Source: Paraspadella gotoi
Taxonomy: Eukaryota > Animalia > Chaetognatha
NCBI GenBank assembly: GCA_051294375.1
Contig: CM119263.1
Location: 19,992,115-20,056,114, forward strand
DNA: 64,000 bases
Direction: 5' to 3'
In this document: positions 48,101 to 60,100 of the stretch, in pieces
How positions within the stretch are numbered: the first letter of the stretch is position 1
Layout: the number at the start of each line of letters is the position of its first letter
The notes under the pieces: model-generated
What the model was told of the DNA's origin: nothing
The model's database searches: none
What the model saw: the letters and a program-made list of their open reading frames with translations, nothing else
Program-made: the position numbers and the translations under genes

Positions 48101-48201
48101 TCATTAAACTGTTTTTCGACTTCTTCCGGTGGTGGTTGAGATGGAATATCCGGAGTCATACCAGTCGCCCGACGGCGATTTGTAGATGGACTGGCGCCCA
48201 T
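36612..48201 (-). CDS. FMNL: Formin-like protein (FMNL/FRL class): GBD/FH3, FH1, FH2, DAD
   Basis: Exons approx. 48201-47921, 43508-43266, 43142-42972, 41868-41718, 41627-41468, 41404-~40620, FH1 polyproline ~40556-40250, 40144-39869, 38316-38107, 37949-37678, 37397-37172, 37096-36913, 36758-36612. Motifs [96 protein letters not shown]. The C-terminal end may splice further. Confidence 0.93.
37503..37615 (+). mobile_element. Degraded LTR fragment of the TRIM-like family
   Basis: Matches the 3' half of the LTR (GCGTCACTGAGGGTCGAAAGCCCCC...GGCAACCCGGCTGTTGC). Confidence 0.75.
38364..39692. mobile_element. TIR MITE whose right TIR is split by the TRIM insertion
   Basis: Left TIR TATACGGAAGGCTTCATATTATAAAATGTGGTACCCCTTTTTTGTCACCAGAA; its reverse complement is restored by removing 38927-39662. 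Confidence 0.85.
38927..39658 (+). mobile_element. Complete TRIM-like non-autonomous LTR retrotransposon (732 bp)
   Basis: LTRs 38927-39177 and 39404-39658 (TGTGG...GCCATA, about 15 differences by eye), PBS TGGTGAGCCC at 39180, 226-bp non-coding interior, TSD GTAC (38923-38926, 39659-39662). Confidence 0.9.
42218..42844. mobile_element. Tc1/mariner-type MITE
   Basis: TA-CACTGCGGCGCAAAAAAAA ... TTTTTTGCGGCGCAGTG-TA. Confidence 0.75.
44195..45416. mobile_element. Penelope-like foldback: near-perfect ~510-bp inverted arms, each with a hammerhead motif
   Basis: Arms 44195-44702 and 44896-45416 appear to differ only in microsatellite/homopolymer length. Hammerhead motifs at 44248-44284 (-) and 45327-45363 (+), each followed by AATAAA. 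Confidence 0.8.
45327..45363 (+). ncRNA. Minimal hammerhead ribozyme motif
   Basis: CTGATGA-A-GACT-AACTCTATAAG-AGTC-GAAA-CATG-TC; mirror copy at 44248-44284. Confidence 0.62.
46567..47644. mobile_element. Tc1/mariner-type MITE with long TIRs
   Basis: TA-CATGGTGACAATTTTACAAGCGCCGG ... CCGGCGCTTGTAAAATTGTCACCATG-TA; about 200 bp of near-perfect inverted symmetry. Confidence 0.88.
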
Positions 48202-51200
48202 CACGCGCTTTTTTGTTAACTAGGTCCTAAAATTTTTAGGATCCTATTGTCGTAAAACCGAAAATGGCGCGAGAGACTAGGATGATGAAAATCAAATGAG
48301 TTATCGCCATTACGACCAAGAATAGGCACGAAGATGGATGTCTTTTTTTTAAATAACACGTGAAGAGTGGCAAGAGGTTTAGATTGAACACTTTGTCGAG
48401 TGGATTATCAAGAAAGTTTGATATTTTCGATAATTTATTTCAGTTTATTTTAATTTTCACATGTATTGAAGAAAATTTCGTGATCGTAAACGTTTACGAA
48501 TATCACACACGATTTCTAATGAAGGGAATTAAATACAGCTGGGTTGCTGGAGATGATAGTATTTTTTCCAAAAATCGAGATCAAACTCTGCGAAAAACTC
48601 GAAGGGGCGAAACAGTATGAATAGGCCTACGGCTCTGGAGGGAGAGGAAGAGTCGAGAGTTGAAAACACGAAACAGTACGCGGGTTCGTAGTGTCGTAAC
48701 GCCACAGCGGTGTGAATGTCTGGAATATAAATCTAGAAAAGCTGAGACAGCCAGAGGAAGAATTTAAAACTAGCGGATGGAATGTGACCGAAAAGGGGAA
48801 AAGCTCCACTTTTTTATTCGGCTTAAAAAATAACGGGTTTTCGGAGGGAGTTTTAGACCCGAGTTACGTATTGATGTGGTATGCGCCTATAAAGTAGTCT
48901 CAGCCGTTATGCTTGGAAGTAAGCGGATGTCCTCGTGAATGGTGATAAATCTTGAACTTAGTTAATTGTGTGTAAATTAATTCTTGGATCTGCATTGTGG
49001 TTAGAGGTTTTTTTTTAACTTGCGTCCAACGCTGAACGTCCGATGTCTGTAAAAAAAAATCATATTTTAAAATCAAATATAAGCTAGAATATCAAACCTG
49101 ATATTGGATTGATTCTGCAATACAATAAATAATAAAATTTATAAGTGGATATGTAGTCGGGCCTTGCACAAGTTATTATTATTACTTATCTTAAAACATC
49201 GCCAAAGAGAAATATACTTTTTAACATTAGCGTAAATTTAGTTAAATATGTTATGTTTATATCAACATTTTTATAAAGTTTCAAATCTTGATTTGTTTAT
49301 CTGAAATTTGGCCAGGACCTACGTAGAGTAGGATATCCGACTTCTTGTTTATTTTTCTTTGTTTAATCAAAGCTTTGCTCGGCGGGTCACGAAACATATT
49401 TCGGGAAATTCTCGGTCGACCAAGTTACGCCACCAAATGAACAGTAAGGTAGTAAAACAATGTAAACGCCAAATAGTTTAATGCATTCATAATCAAAATT
49501 CGTCTATATTTAACCTCTCCGGCTCGCAACGAAACTGACAGGGTAATTGAATGATACGCCAAAAAAGTAAACCAATTATCCAAAGCCTATATATCTAAAT
49601 CATAGGTCCTTCGCAAAAAGACCCAGCGTCGAAGCCGTTCCGGTCCAATGGCGAAATGAAAAAAAGAAATAAATTCGACCGCAATGACGATCCACGTGGC
49701 TCCCCGGAAGGAGCTAAGAGTCGTGCCGCCGTGAAAAACCAAACTGGCTCGAGGCCAATCGTGGCCTCAACCACTCCTGGGTCCCGTAAAAATTCCCAAT
49801 TTAGAATGTTAACGTATTTTTCAGCCGCCTACTCGGGCGATGACTAACGACTGACAAAATAAGTCTTGAACTCGCGAGGATACGCGCTTTCCGCATCGCC
49901 GCACAACCAACTTTAATCATTTCGACTCATCTCTCATTCAGTATCTCTTATTCGTGTAGCCTCTCAACCAACTCCCCCCCCCCACACACAAACCCCAGGA
50001 AAAAATGCTTCTCTCCGTACTCAGGTTTTTGAGTAAATTTTACTCGATATATTTTGAGGAAAACAGTTTTCGATCGAGGATTAAGGCAATAAAAACATCG
50101 AGGATAAAACTCAAGATAAGAAGTGAAATAGAGAAAAAGCAACAGAAAAAAAACCGAGTAAAAAAATGAAAGAATATCCGAGAAAGCGAGATTGAAAGTG
50201 TATTTATCTAAAAGAGGGAATGGAAAGAGCTGCAGTCGAAAAAAATAATCCAGTAAGGGGGAGAGGGGAAAGAAAAAGGGCACATCTGTGGCACAAGGCG
50301 CATGCAGCCGGCTAAGAGGGAACTCAATATCGAGAGAAAAAAAAAGAAGAAAGAAGATAAAACGTGAGTCATAGCGCGAAACTCGTGAAGGCTCAATGAG
50401 TGAGGGAGAGAGAGGCCAACCCCAACTGCTAACAAACAAGGTCGACCTTTCTCTCCGCGTCCCAACTGAAGGGAAAAAGGCAAAAAAAGTAGGAAATCCT
50501 TTTCCTCTCTCTCTCGTTAGTCGGCCATTGGGCGGCTGCAACCTTTTTTTTGCATATGAAAGCCTCTTTCCTCCAGGAAACCGTCTGAGCAGGTGGTGAG
50601 TCGCGAAGGCTTTTCGTTCCGCTCCCCGAAACTTGTGTAAGAAGCAAGGTGCGGACTCGATCCAAATTCGCCGATTCTCGGATATTTCTTACACGTCAAT
50701 GGATTAAAAAGCCCTCGAAAAAACTCAAGGGAATGTCTATACATTAACTTTACAGTAAAGTTACTATAAAGTTTACTATATTCCACAACCAAGAGCGGTC
50801 GTCCAAAAGGATATTACAGAAAAAAAGATATCAAAGTATAAAACACAACCTTTATTCCAAACACATTTTATTTCATTGGCAAACAAAGTTCCTCTCGCTA
50901 AATATTTACCATTCGAAAACCGGGAAACTCGAGACGGACACCGACGCCTTCTTTGTTCTCAATGTCTTGACTAGCCATCGAGAGATAATCTTTGTCATTT
51001 GGCTAAAAGAGGAAGGACGGAATGTCGTCTTAAACGCGAGGAGCGACCCCGAACTACGATTTACATTTTCCGCGATAACGAGAAAAAATAAAGATATGCG
51101 GGCGCCGAAGTTCATAGACGGTTTTTATAATCGCGTCGTAGAATTTTCGTAAGAATTTACGGGATGGTATCCGATTCGAGAAAGGTCGTCCGAGCCGATT

Positions 51201-54131
51201 TTCATTTTCAATTTAGAAAAACAATGAAAGTGGAGTTGACCGGATCGATACAACCCAGTTTTGAGTTTTGACGGGAGGCGAGAAGAGAGGGACGAGACGA
51301 ACCTTCCAAATCTAATAACATCGCAGAGGCACAAAAGCAGTTTAATTCTTCGTTTTTGGTTTAGAGAAAAGTTTTTGTGTCGAGCCTGGAGGGTAGCATG
51401 AGTAAAGGGGAATAACACGGACGAGGAACGAGGAACGAGATAGAGAGAGAGAGGAGAGAGCAACTGAGCGAGAGAGATAGAGAGGGCAGAAGGCAAGAGA
51501 GAAAGAGCGAGACGGAGACCAACTGCTGCGTCTCCGGCGGCGGAGGCGGCCGCGTGTGTAGTCGCAGCAGCAACGAAAGTCTTCTTTATCGGGATTGCGC
51601 GCGACTCGATCTCAATTTGTCGGTTCTTTCTTTCTTTCTTTCTTTCTGTAATCTTCCCATCGATGTTTTTTTTTCTTCTTTATCTCGATTAATAGGGAAT
51701 TTCGCTTGACTGGATCGCTGCATTAACAATAAATACTAGCTTCTTTCTGAAGACTGCGAAATGCTTATATGAAATTGGTACAACCAATATAAAAATTATC
51801 CATTCATTTAATAAATAAGCTATCTTGCCCCTGATTCGTATTAAGTTCTGAGAGCCACTTCAATTTTCACTGTCCGATGAAACTTTCGAATTTGCATTCT
51901 GAAAGTGAAAGCGTCTTTAACATTCCTAAACTAAAGCTAAAGCTAATAGCCTAAACTGTAAAGAATATAAATTTCTGAAAGAACTGTAAGAACCTCCCGA
52001 GGATTTTAGAGAACGTGTCCACTTGCCTGACGTTGTTGATGAGACGATAAAAGCTTTCGAAGACGCGTGGATATGGCGACGGTTTGGTATTCAGTGGTGC
52101 TTGACGAATTAGCTTTTACCTTCTCGATACTGGTCGACAATAGTTACTTAAGAGCCGGAGAGGGTGTGTGCAGGGTGTGTGCAATAGTGACCCCGGCGTT
52201 GGCTTCCTCGACCGATATATGTCTTCTGTCCTGGTGAAGTTTTCCTCTTAATACTGGCACCCTGGTGACGTACACCTTTGAAGTTTGAGGGGTTATCAAA
52301 TTCAGCTCCTTGTATTTTGATGCTAGTGCGGAGTACAATATAGTATCCCCCGATCTAATACTTAAGGGAGTGGTCTTTTCATACAATTGAAACATTCTTT
52401 GAAATATTATACCACTTCATTGATAGGGAAGCCAGGTACTCTGGGAGTGAATAAACGAGACTGAGAGAGTCTTGATTGAAAGCTTGCAGGGACTTGCTAT
52501 GTCATTATCTTGTAAGAGTGATGGAGTCCTTAAACCACCATCGCCTGTCCAAAGTCAGGGGCAAGATGGCGTGTTTATTAAATGAATGGATATTGTGACT
52601 AATCTGCTATATGACCTCCATGACTGTGAATATTACATTGTGGAAGGCCTTAAATATTTCAGACTAAATAAACTGAATTGACTTAGTACAACGTTGATTG
52701 CTCCTTCTAAAAATCCTTGTCGTCATATCTGCTTATTCACTGCAAGAGATCAATAGGCTTATTACTAAAATATTAGGCATAAAGGCTTTTTGTAATGGAA
52801 AGAAAAATATGTAAAACTATTCTTTTCTAGATTAAAAAAATTAATGATAGTTCTTCAATGGGTAAACAGTTATTAATCAAATAAGAAATTTTTTTTCCCT
52901 TATAATAAGAAATCAAAAAGAAAGAAATATAGAAGAAATCAAATTTCTTTAAAAAAAATTAAAGCAAACTTGAATCAAGTCTTGATTACGCAAATTTGGG
53001 AATAGTCATTTGTTTCCTTATAGAAAGTTCACTGACTTTCGTCTCTGAGAGGTTTATTGCGAAGGCTTCGTATATCAAAAGAACAACGTCAAGAAGTTTT
53101 TATGAATAAAGATTAAAGTAAAAAATAAGTATATGGTTGAACTTCACTATTTTAGCGGTTTCTAGCTTCTATCATCTTATACTTATATATCCTTTGTAAC
53201 TTTTTTCAATTTTCAAAAATCTTTTTAAATTTAAATCTTAATTTAGCCTCTCTTTTCCTGCGGAAGAGATCCAGCGTTAATGCTTATTACCCGTCAAGTC
53301 AGCTTTGAAACTGAAGCTTACAATTTTCTCTAACTTTTTCTCGAATTTTTCAAGAGGTCAACACCTTTTAACATGAGAGCGATGCCTTTTTTTTGGTTTT
53401 GAAACTGAGTGCTAATATTTAAATCATAAATGAAGACTATTTTTATCGTGACGGATGACAATAAGTAACCAAATCGTTTAACAAATACAAATACGACCTC
53501 GATTATTCTTCTTAATTAATAGCTAGCAGAACAACCGTATTGCTTGTTAGGACATGTTCTTTTTCCAAGTAATATGAAGCTTTTTAATTTCTTTTTATTT
53601 TTAATTCTATTAAATTATCGGTGTAAATTTCTTCACTAACAACATACCAGAAAAACTTTTATCATCCGTCTAAAAAGAATATTGTATAAGATTTAAATAA
53701 CTGATAAAGTTCCGAAATGATTAATAATACATTAATATTTTAACAATTAATAAATTTATAAATAAGTTCATAAATAATATAGAATATAGGTATTTATTAA
53801 AACGTAATAACAATAATAGGAAAATTAGTATAGTTGAAACCGTATAAAACTTATATCTAAACATATTATAATGAATATTCTATTCAACCTCATTTATTAA
53901 TATAATATTTTACATATAATTATAATATGCTCATCAGTCATGAAGATCCGAGAAATTTATTTGATGGCTGAAACTCCAGTAAAATCCACAAGAAACTCGT
54001 ATTAATAAAACCTATGAATAACGAGTGAAGAAAAAAAAATCTGGAATACAATCTGTGCGCGTTAAATCAGTGTGGGCGAAAAGGATGAATTGTTGATGGC
54101 TTTCGTCAATAAGTGTTTATTGCATTGTTAT

Positions 54132-57100
54132 TTAATTCAAGTTAATCCCGCGGTAGCCCTCGTCATCTTCGTTTCGCCACCGAGTTGCCGGTATTGCTCG
54201 GTTGCCATGCCGACGTCCTCGTTGAAAGATGCGGCTCTGAGTCCTTGCGCCGGAACCGCGGAAAGAAGGCGCCGCGGCGGCGGCTAGAGTGCCGGCGGAA
54301 AACCCTGGGTTTCGGATTTGCGCCGGGAAGTAACGCCGCTTTTGTCGAGCGGCACCGTTAATTCGTCGGTGGTCACGAGCCGAGGAGTAAGGGGGGCGGT
54401 GTTGGGGTGGGAGTGGAGGAGTGGGTCGATTTCCCGGAGAAACCATTTTAATACGGCGGCCTAGAATTAAAAAAAAACCCAGGAACGGTGATATCACATG
54501 ATATGGCATGACATGACATGACTAAAAACTTTCTTAGCCCTTGTATTTATGACATGCACATCATAAAAATTCCGTCTTTATAGTTTTAGGATTTCCTGAA
54601 GGCAGCGATTGCAGTCTCTTAGATTTGAGGTTTTTTCTCTTTTAACAACCAACTATAAGCGAATTATATGTATTTTTAACATAATGGGAGAGACCGACGG
54701 ACAGATTTACAAACTGACAGACAGACCGACCGAAAAGTGACTAGTAACGCCACTGTGTCCCAATTGTACCGTCGGTTAACCTTTACTATAAAATGGTCCA
54801 TACTTGTGCGCATATTCATGATAATAAATTCAAGTTTTTTGATCTGGTATAGAAGTAGTAAGCTTTTATTAACCGACAGTACCATTAGGACACACTATTA
54901 AGAATGCGTTTATTTTATTCTCTTCCATCAGTTGTTTCCAGTTTTCACCTCCTTTTTCAACAATGGTATAACGCCGAGGAAACAATGGAGAAGCTTCGAA
55001 ATCCTCTTCATCGTCGTTTTCGTCGTCATCATCGTCGCCATCATCGTCGATGTCCGATTCCAATGAACGAGTCACGTGATTACCCATGTTATTACCAAGG
55101 CGTGTCATCTGCAAACAATACTTAACTTAGGTATGAGGAGATTTTCTAATTTCTAGCTTAAAAGGGTTTAACGAAAAAAAGTCATGTATTGCTTTAATTA
55201 TACATTACACTTTACAGTTAATAATAATCATTAAACAGGTTGTGACTAACTTGATTTAAGAATCCATCGGATCCAAAAAGCATAGAACCACGTGATTCAA
55301 AACCAACGAAACTGAAAAAAAAAGTAAATAATTGTCATGGCATTCTCACTTCATTATCCCCCCCTTCTTACCTTCCATTCAGGTGTCCCTCGGCGCGTCC
55401 CTTCCACGACGCCGCGGGGGTGAATCGACGTCTCGCACGTGCTTCTTCGTTGTCTAACAATGCATCGCCAGCGCCGTTTGCTTTCCGCGCGCGCTTTTTC
55501 TGGTGCGCCGCGTCGCAGTTGACGGCAAAGCGGAATTCACGGCAAATGCGCGCGGAGAGAGACCCCTCGACCTGATTTAGGGGGGAGGGAGATTAGATTA
55601 AAAAACGTGTAAAAAGAATGAGGGAACATGTTAGAAAAGTCGATGTTAAGGATATGTATTGTGTATGAGAAAATATAATGTTTAGTTTTTCTTTGAAGGC
55701 TTGCTTAGCTTTTTTTATTCGTCCTTTTTGATCGAGATCGTCTTTCACCAATCACCTCGTCTTCTTCATCGGCTTCCTTCCGGGATTTCCACACAAACTC
55801 GGCCACTGCCGCCACCAGCGCCAATCCAAGGCCGGCAAGCAGAACCAAGAACACTCCACCGACGTTTTTCACGCCCAGGGCTGATGCAGACCCTGCAAAG
55901 ATGAAGTTGTGGGCGATAAGTTGCAGAAAAATATAATAAATATGTTGAAAATGGGAAAGTGAATGGCAGATGAAAACAAAAGCGAAAGAGGGAAATAAAG
56001 CTGAGAAGCGACGATTAAAATACGAACCTCACTTTTGTGTAATGCATTTCTCTGTTCAGTGAAGTAGTTAACTTTCTCCATGCATAAAAATTAAACACCT
56101 CACCCGACTATCTTCCCTCTTTAACGAAAACAAGAATGGTGATTCCAATGTGTTGCGCCGCAGTGACTTTATTTTCACATGTATTTCCCTTTGATCACAT
56201 GATATCACATGACATGACATAACTCAAAAAACTTTCTTAGCCCTTGTATATATCTATGACATGCACTTTCCTTATAGGTTTAGGATTTCCTGAAGGAGGC
56301 GCAAGCAGTTCCTTAGATTTTAGGCTTTTTTCTGTTTTAACAAATGAGCAACCAAATATATACATATATAAATACATATACAAGTAATGAGCATTTTTAA
56401 TGATATACCAATCGACCGACAGAACGACCAAAAAGTGACTTATAGAGTTGCTCCGCGAGTACTCGCGGCGCAACTAAAAAGCTAATTTGGGATCTCAAAT
56501 CTGACAACTGCTGAAGTCACAGGCCTACAATGGCGACAGCAAAGAAAAATAGTTATGGGCAAGAGAGATAATAAGAAAAAAGACAAAAGGGAAAGGGAGA
56601 GAGAGAGAAAGTTAGTGAGAAAGGCATCACTTCGGGCGCCTACTAATGAAACTACGGACAAGTTTGACGAGTTTGTGACTTTTTTTAGAGTCGATGAAAG
56701 GACGCGGGAGGAAAAACGGATGGACTTCCATTCAAGTGAAAATCGAAAGAATTTTATGGAAAGTGAAAAAAGAAAAAGGGTACTAGAAAAAATGAGCAGA
56801 AAAGTAGTACGAGAAAGAGGGAAGGTGACCTAAAGACTAACGGAAGAGAAAATGTGAGAATGAAAGGAGGAATTGTGAGAGAACATAAATCTCCTTCCAC
56901 CGTTCAAGAAATTACGGAAAATAATTTAAAATTGAAAATGGCTTTCGAGAAAAATAACTTTAACGACTCGTTATGGCAAAAAAAAAAAAATGGAGAAATG
57001 ACAAAGTGACAGTCAAGAAAAGAAAGCCATTTCAGTTTCATAAGTCGCGACTCTACCATTTTTATCGGTTTTTTTTCTTTTAGCTTTCTTTTTTATGCTG

Positions 57101-60100
57101 TTTATTTTTATGCGTTTTTACACGAAAAAGAGAGAAACTGTAATGAATAATAATGAGTTCCTTTCAAGTTATTAAGCAAAATTAAAAATAATTCTCAATA
57201 AATTCATACATTTCATTTTTTTTTTATTCAGGAAAAAATTTCAAATAGAACTATAAATTATCACCCTTTCCAGTAATTAAAAGAGGAAGAGGGTAAAGGG
57301 ATAGCTTCTAATATCTAAGGTTTAGCCGTATAAAAATCGAAATTGATTAATCAGAGTACGAAAGCATGATAAAATATTATTTGTCAACCGTGATGAAATG
57401 ACTTTTCTACGACGTTCTACGACCGCAATAAAACAGTGCAATGAAATCTTAGCTAATACTACGAAGAAACGAACGTAGAACTAACACCGGAAACTAACCA
57501 TGTTCCATTATTTTGTGATGGTTAAAAAAGGCTTTTATTTAATATTGAGCAAATCACACAGACAAAAAAAAATTTCGGTTGTTTTAAATGGTTTACTGAT
57601 GGTTTACTTGTTTATTAAAAACAATTTAATTTGTTAAATGATTATGACCACGAGTCACTGTGCAAAACTTTGTATTTATTGAACTATCTATTTTAGAATT
57701 TAGAGATTACAAACCAAGTCAATTTCATTTGTTGTTTAATATGGAGTTTTCCTTGACCGGCGCCGCCATTTTATTTCTCATTTCACCTTTTTCGAATTCA
57801 TTGTGCGCGACTCACCTTTTCCCTTCCCACTTCTCTGACATTTGTTGTTCTTCCCGTACCACCACTTGTGATAGAGCGCGGGAAGCCAAGACACTTTAAG
57901 GCGGAGGATTGTCTCCGAAAATATTTGCGCGTAAGGAGAACCTGCAATAAAAGGAGGCGATGTATTGGAACATTTTTTAGTCCGATCTGCTTATAAGCAG
58001 ATCCCGACTCTATAATTCACTTTGTCGGTCCGTCAGTCCGCCCCCTCAATATTGATAGGCAATCACATATATCATGTCAGAATATCAAATTATGATAAAT
58101 TATGCACAAAAAAAAATAATGTCCGACCGTTCGTCCGTCCGTCCATCCTACCTTAGCAAAAACGTCCAATTTCTCGTGATTGGATGGATGGATTGGAATG
58201 AAATTTTGTTTGTGGGTAGGGAAGTGTGTGATTGAGCTTGATATGAAATTTCGATGGAATCGTCCAAGTGGAAATGAGTTTAAATGGAAAAAAAAAAAAT
58301 TTCACTATTTGAATGCCAATTACTCATGAGTGGATGGGGCGATTGACCTGAAATTTTGTATGTGGGTAGGAAAGTGTGTGATTAAGCTGGAAATTAAGTT
58401 TCGATGGAATCGTTTGAGTGGAATTGAGTTTAAATAGAAAAAAAACCTATTTAACTAATTGATTATGTTTCTTTTTATATCAAATGTTAATACAAGATGT
58501 ATTAATTAGTCAAATAATTAATCAGTTATTAATCAATTTAGTCAATTAATTAATAATTAATTAATTAATTTTAATTAACTTAAATTAATTAATTTATTGC
58601 TTAATTAATTAACTTAAATCAATTAATTATTAATTAATTAATTTGAATTAATTAATTATTAATTAATTGATTTAAATCAATTAATTATTAATTAATTAAT
58701 TAACTTGAATAACTTAATTAATTAATTAATTACAGATAATGATCGTGGGCAGATCCGACATTGTTTGCTCAAACTTGTTTTATTTCGTTTTCGTTAAATA
58801 ATTAAATTTCAGTCCGGCATATATCTCATTCTCACATTCGGTGTACAATATCTGCAAACCCCTGCAAAATAAAAAAAAACATACGTCGTCATTTAACTTT
58901 AAGAATGCAATTATCCCTACAGTCGAGCACCAGCCATTCAATCCGAATCACCTTTCGGCAACCCGATGCCGTATCCTTTGGCATCGAGCAATCCGCCGAT
59001 TTGGACGAGGCTGCAATCTGACTGTCGGCTAAAGTCATTCATCGTCGACTCGAGGAGGAAAGCGTAGTTTTTGTTCTTGACCCTCTCCACTCCCTCGTGG
59101 CTGTCGTTGACGAAGACGGAGAATTTCTTCTCCTCCTCCCACTTCTCCATCTGCGCCCACATCTTGTTGTAGGTGGGGATCGTCGAATCCTGCCGTGTGC
59201 GAACCAGCAAGGAGGTCATTATTTCATCGAGAATGGTTAAATCCATCTTTTAAAAACAAGGACATAAATGTAAGCAAATGAATCTAAAATTATCTCGAGA
59301 AAAACTGGTAATAATAATGAAAGATTAAAAGCGACAAAAATTTCAATTTCACCTTTGATTTTTCGCCTCCTTGAAAAGAATTTGGTTCACCCCAGCAAAC
59401 AAACAGCAAACAACAATCAACAAACGAAGGAAAACCTCTATTTAAATGGTTATTTTAAGACATTCCATTCGTTTTTTCGTCACTGTTGTCGTCGTCCTCG
59501 TCTTCATTAAATATTCGGTATTCAGCGAGTTGTTCTATGTCTCTCTCCGTTTACTATTTTTTTTTTCGTTCGGTTATTTAAAGACGTTTTTATTTCAAAT
59601 TGTCATTGACAACTGCCTTTCAAAAATTAATGAGGTTTTGTCAGGATATATAATAAAACCCCCAAAAAATAGGTTCATTTTTTGAAATAATGAATTATCT
59701 GACACCTCTTAACATTACAAAATGTCTAACTGATCATTTACGACAGGGGCAGATGTTTCTTTTTCTGTCGTCGGGACGGTTATGGCCGAGTTTAGGGACG
59801 GAAAAGGGGGAGGCAGAAGCAGGAGCGGCGGCAGCTGCAGCGGTGAAATTGACACCAACGTTGTCAATGTTTTGTTTTGGCTTTTGCGTCGTTCTCGTTT
59901 TGCGAAGTTTAAAATCAGATAACCCCTTCACAACGAACGTTTGAATTGGTGAAAGAGGAATTAGTTACGGCTCTAGGAATCGGAACTGAACAGATTTTGC
60001 TTGGCCGATGCAGGCGGCTTTGGTGGGTGGAAAAGGGGAATTAAAAGGTAAAAAGGGAGGCGGTGGGTCAACAATAAACAACTGAACATTGGCCGAGGCT

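Noticed and set aside
48300-51700. ORFs upstream of the formin start
   Set aside because: They show no domain-like content; the region looks like 5' UTR exons, introns and GA-rich promoter sequence.
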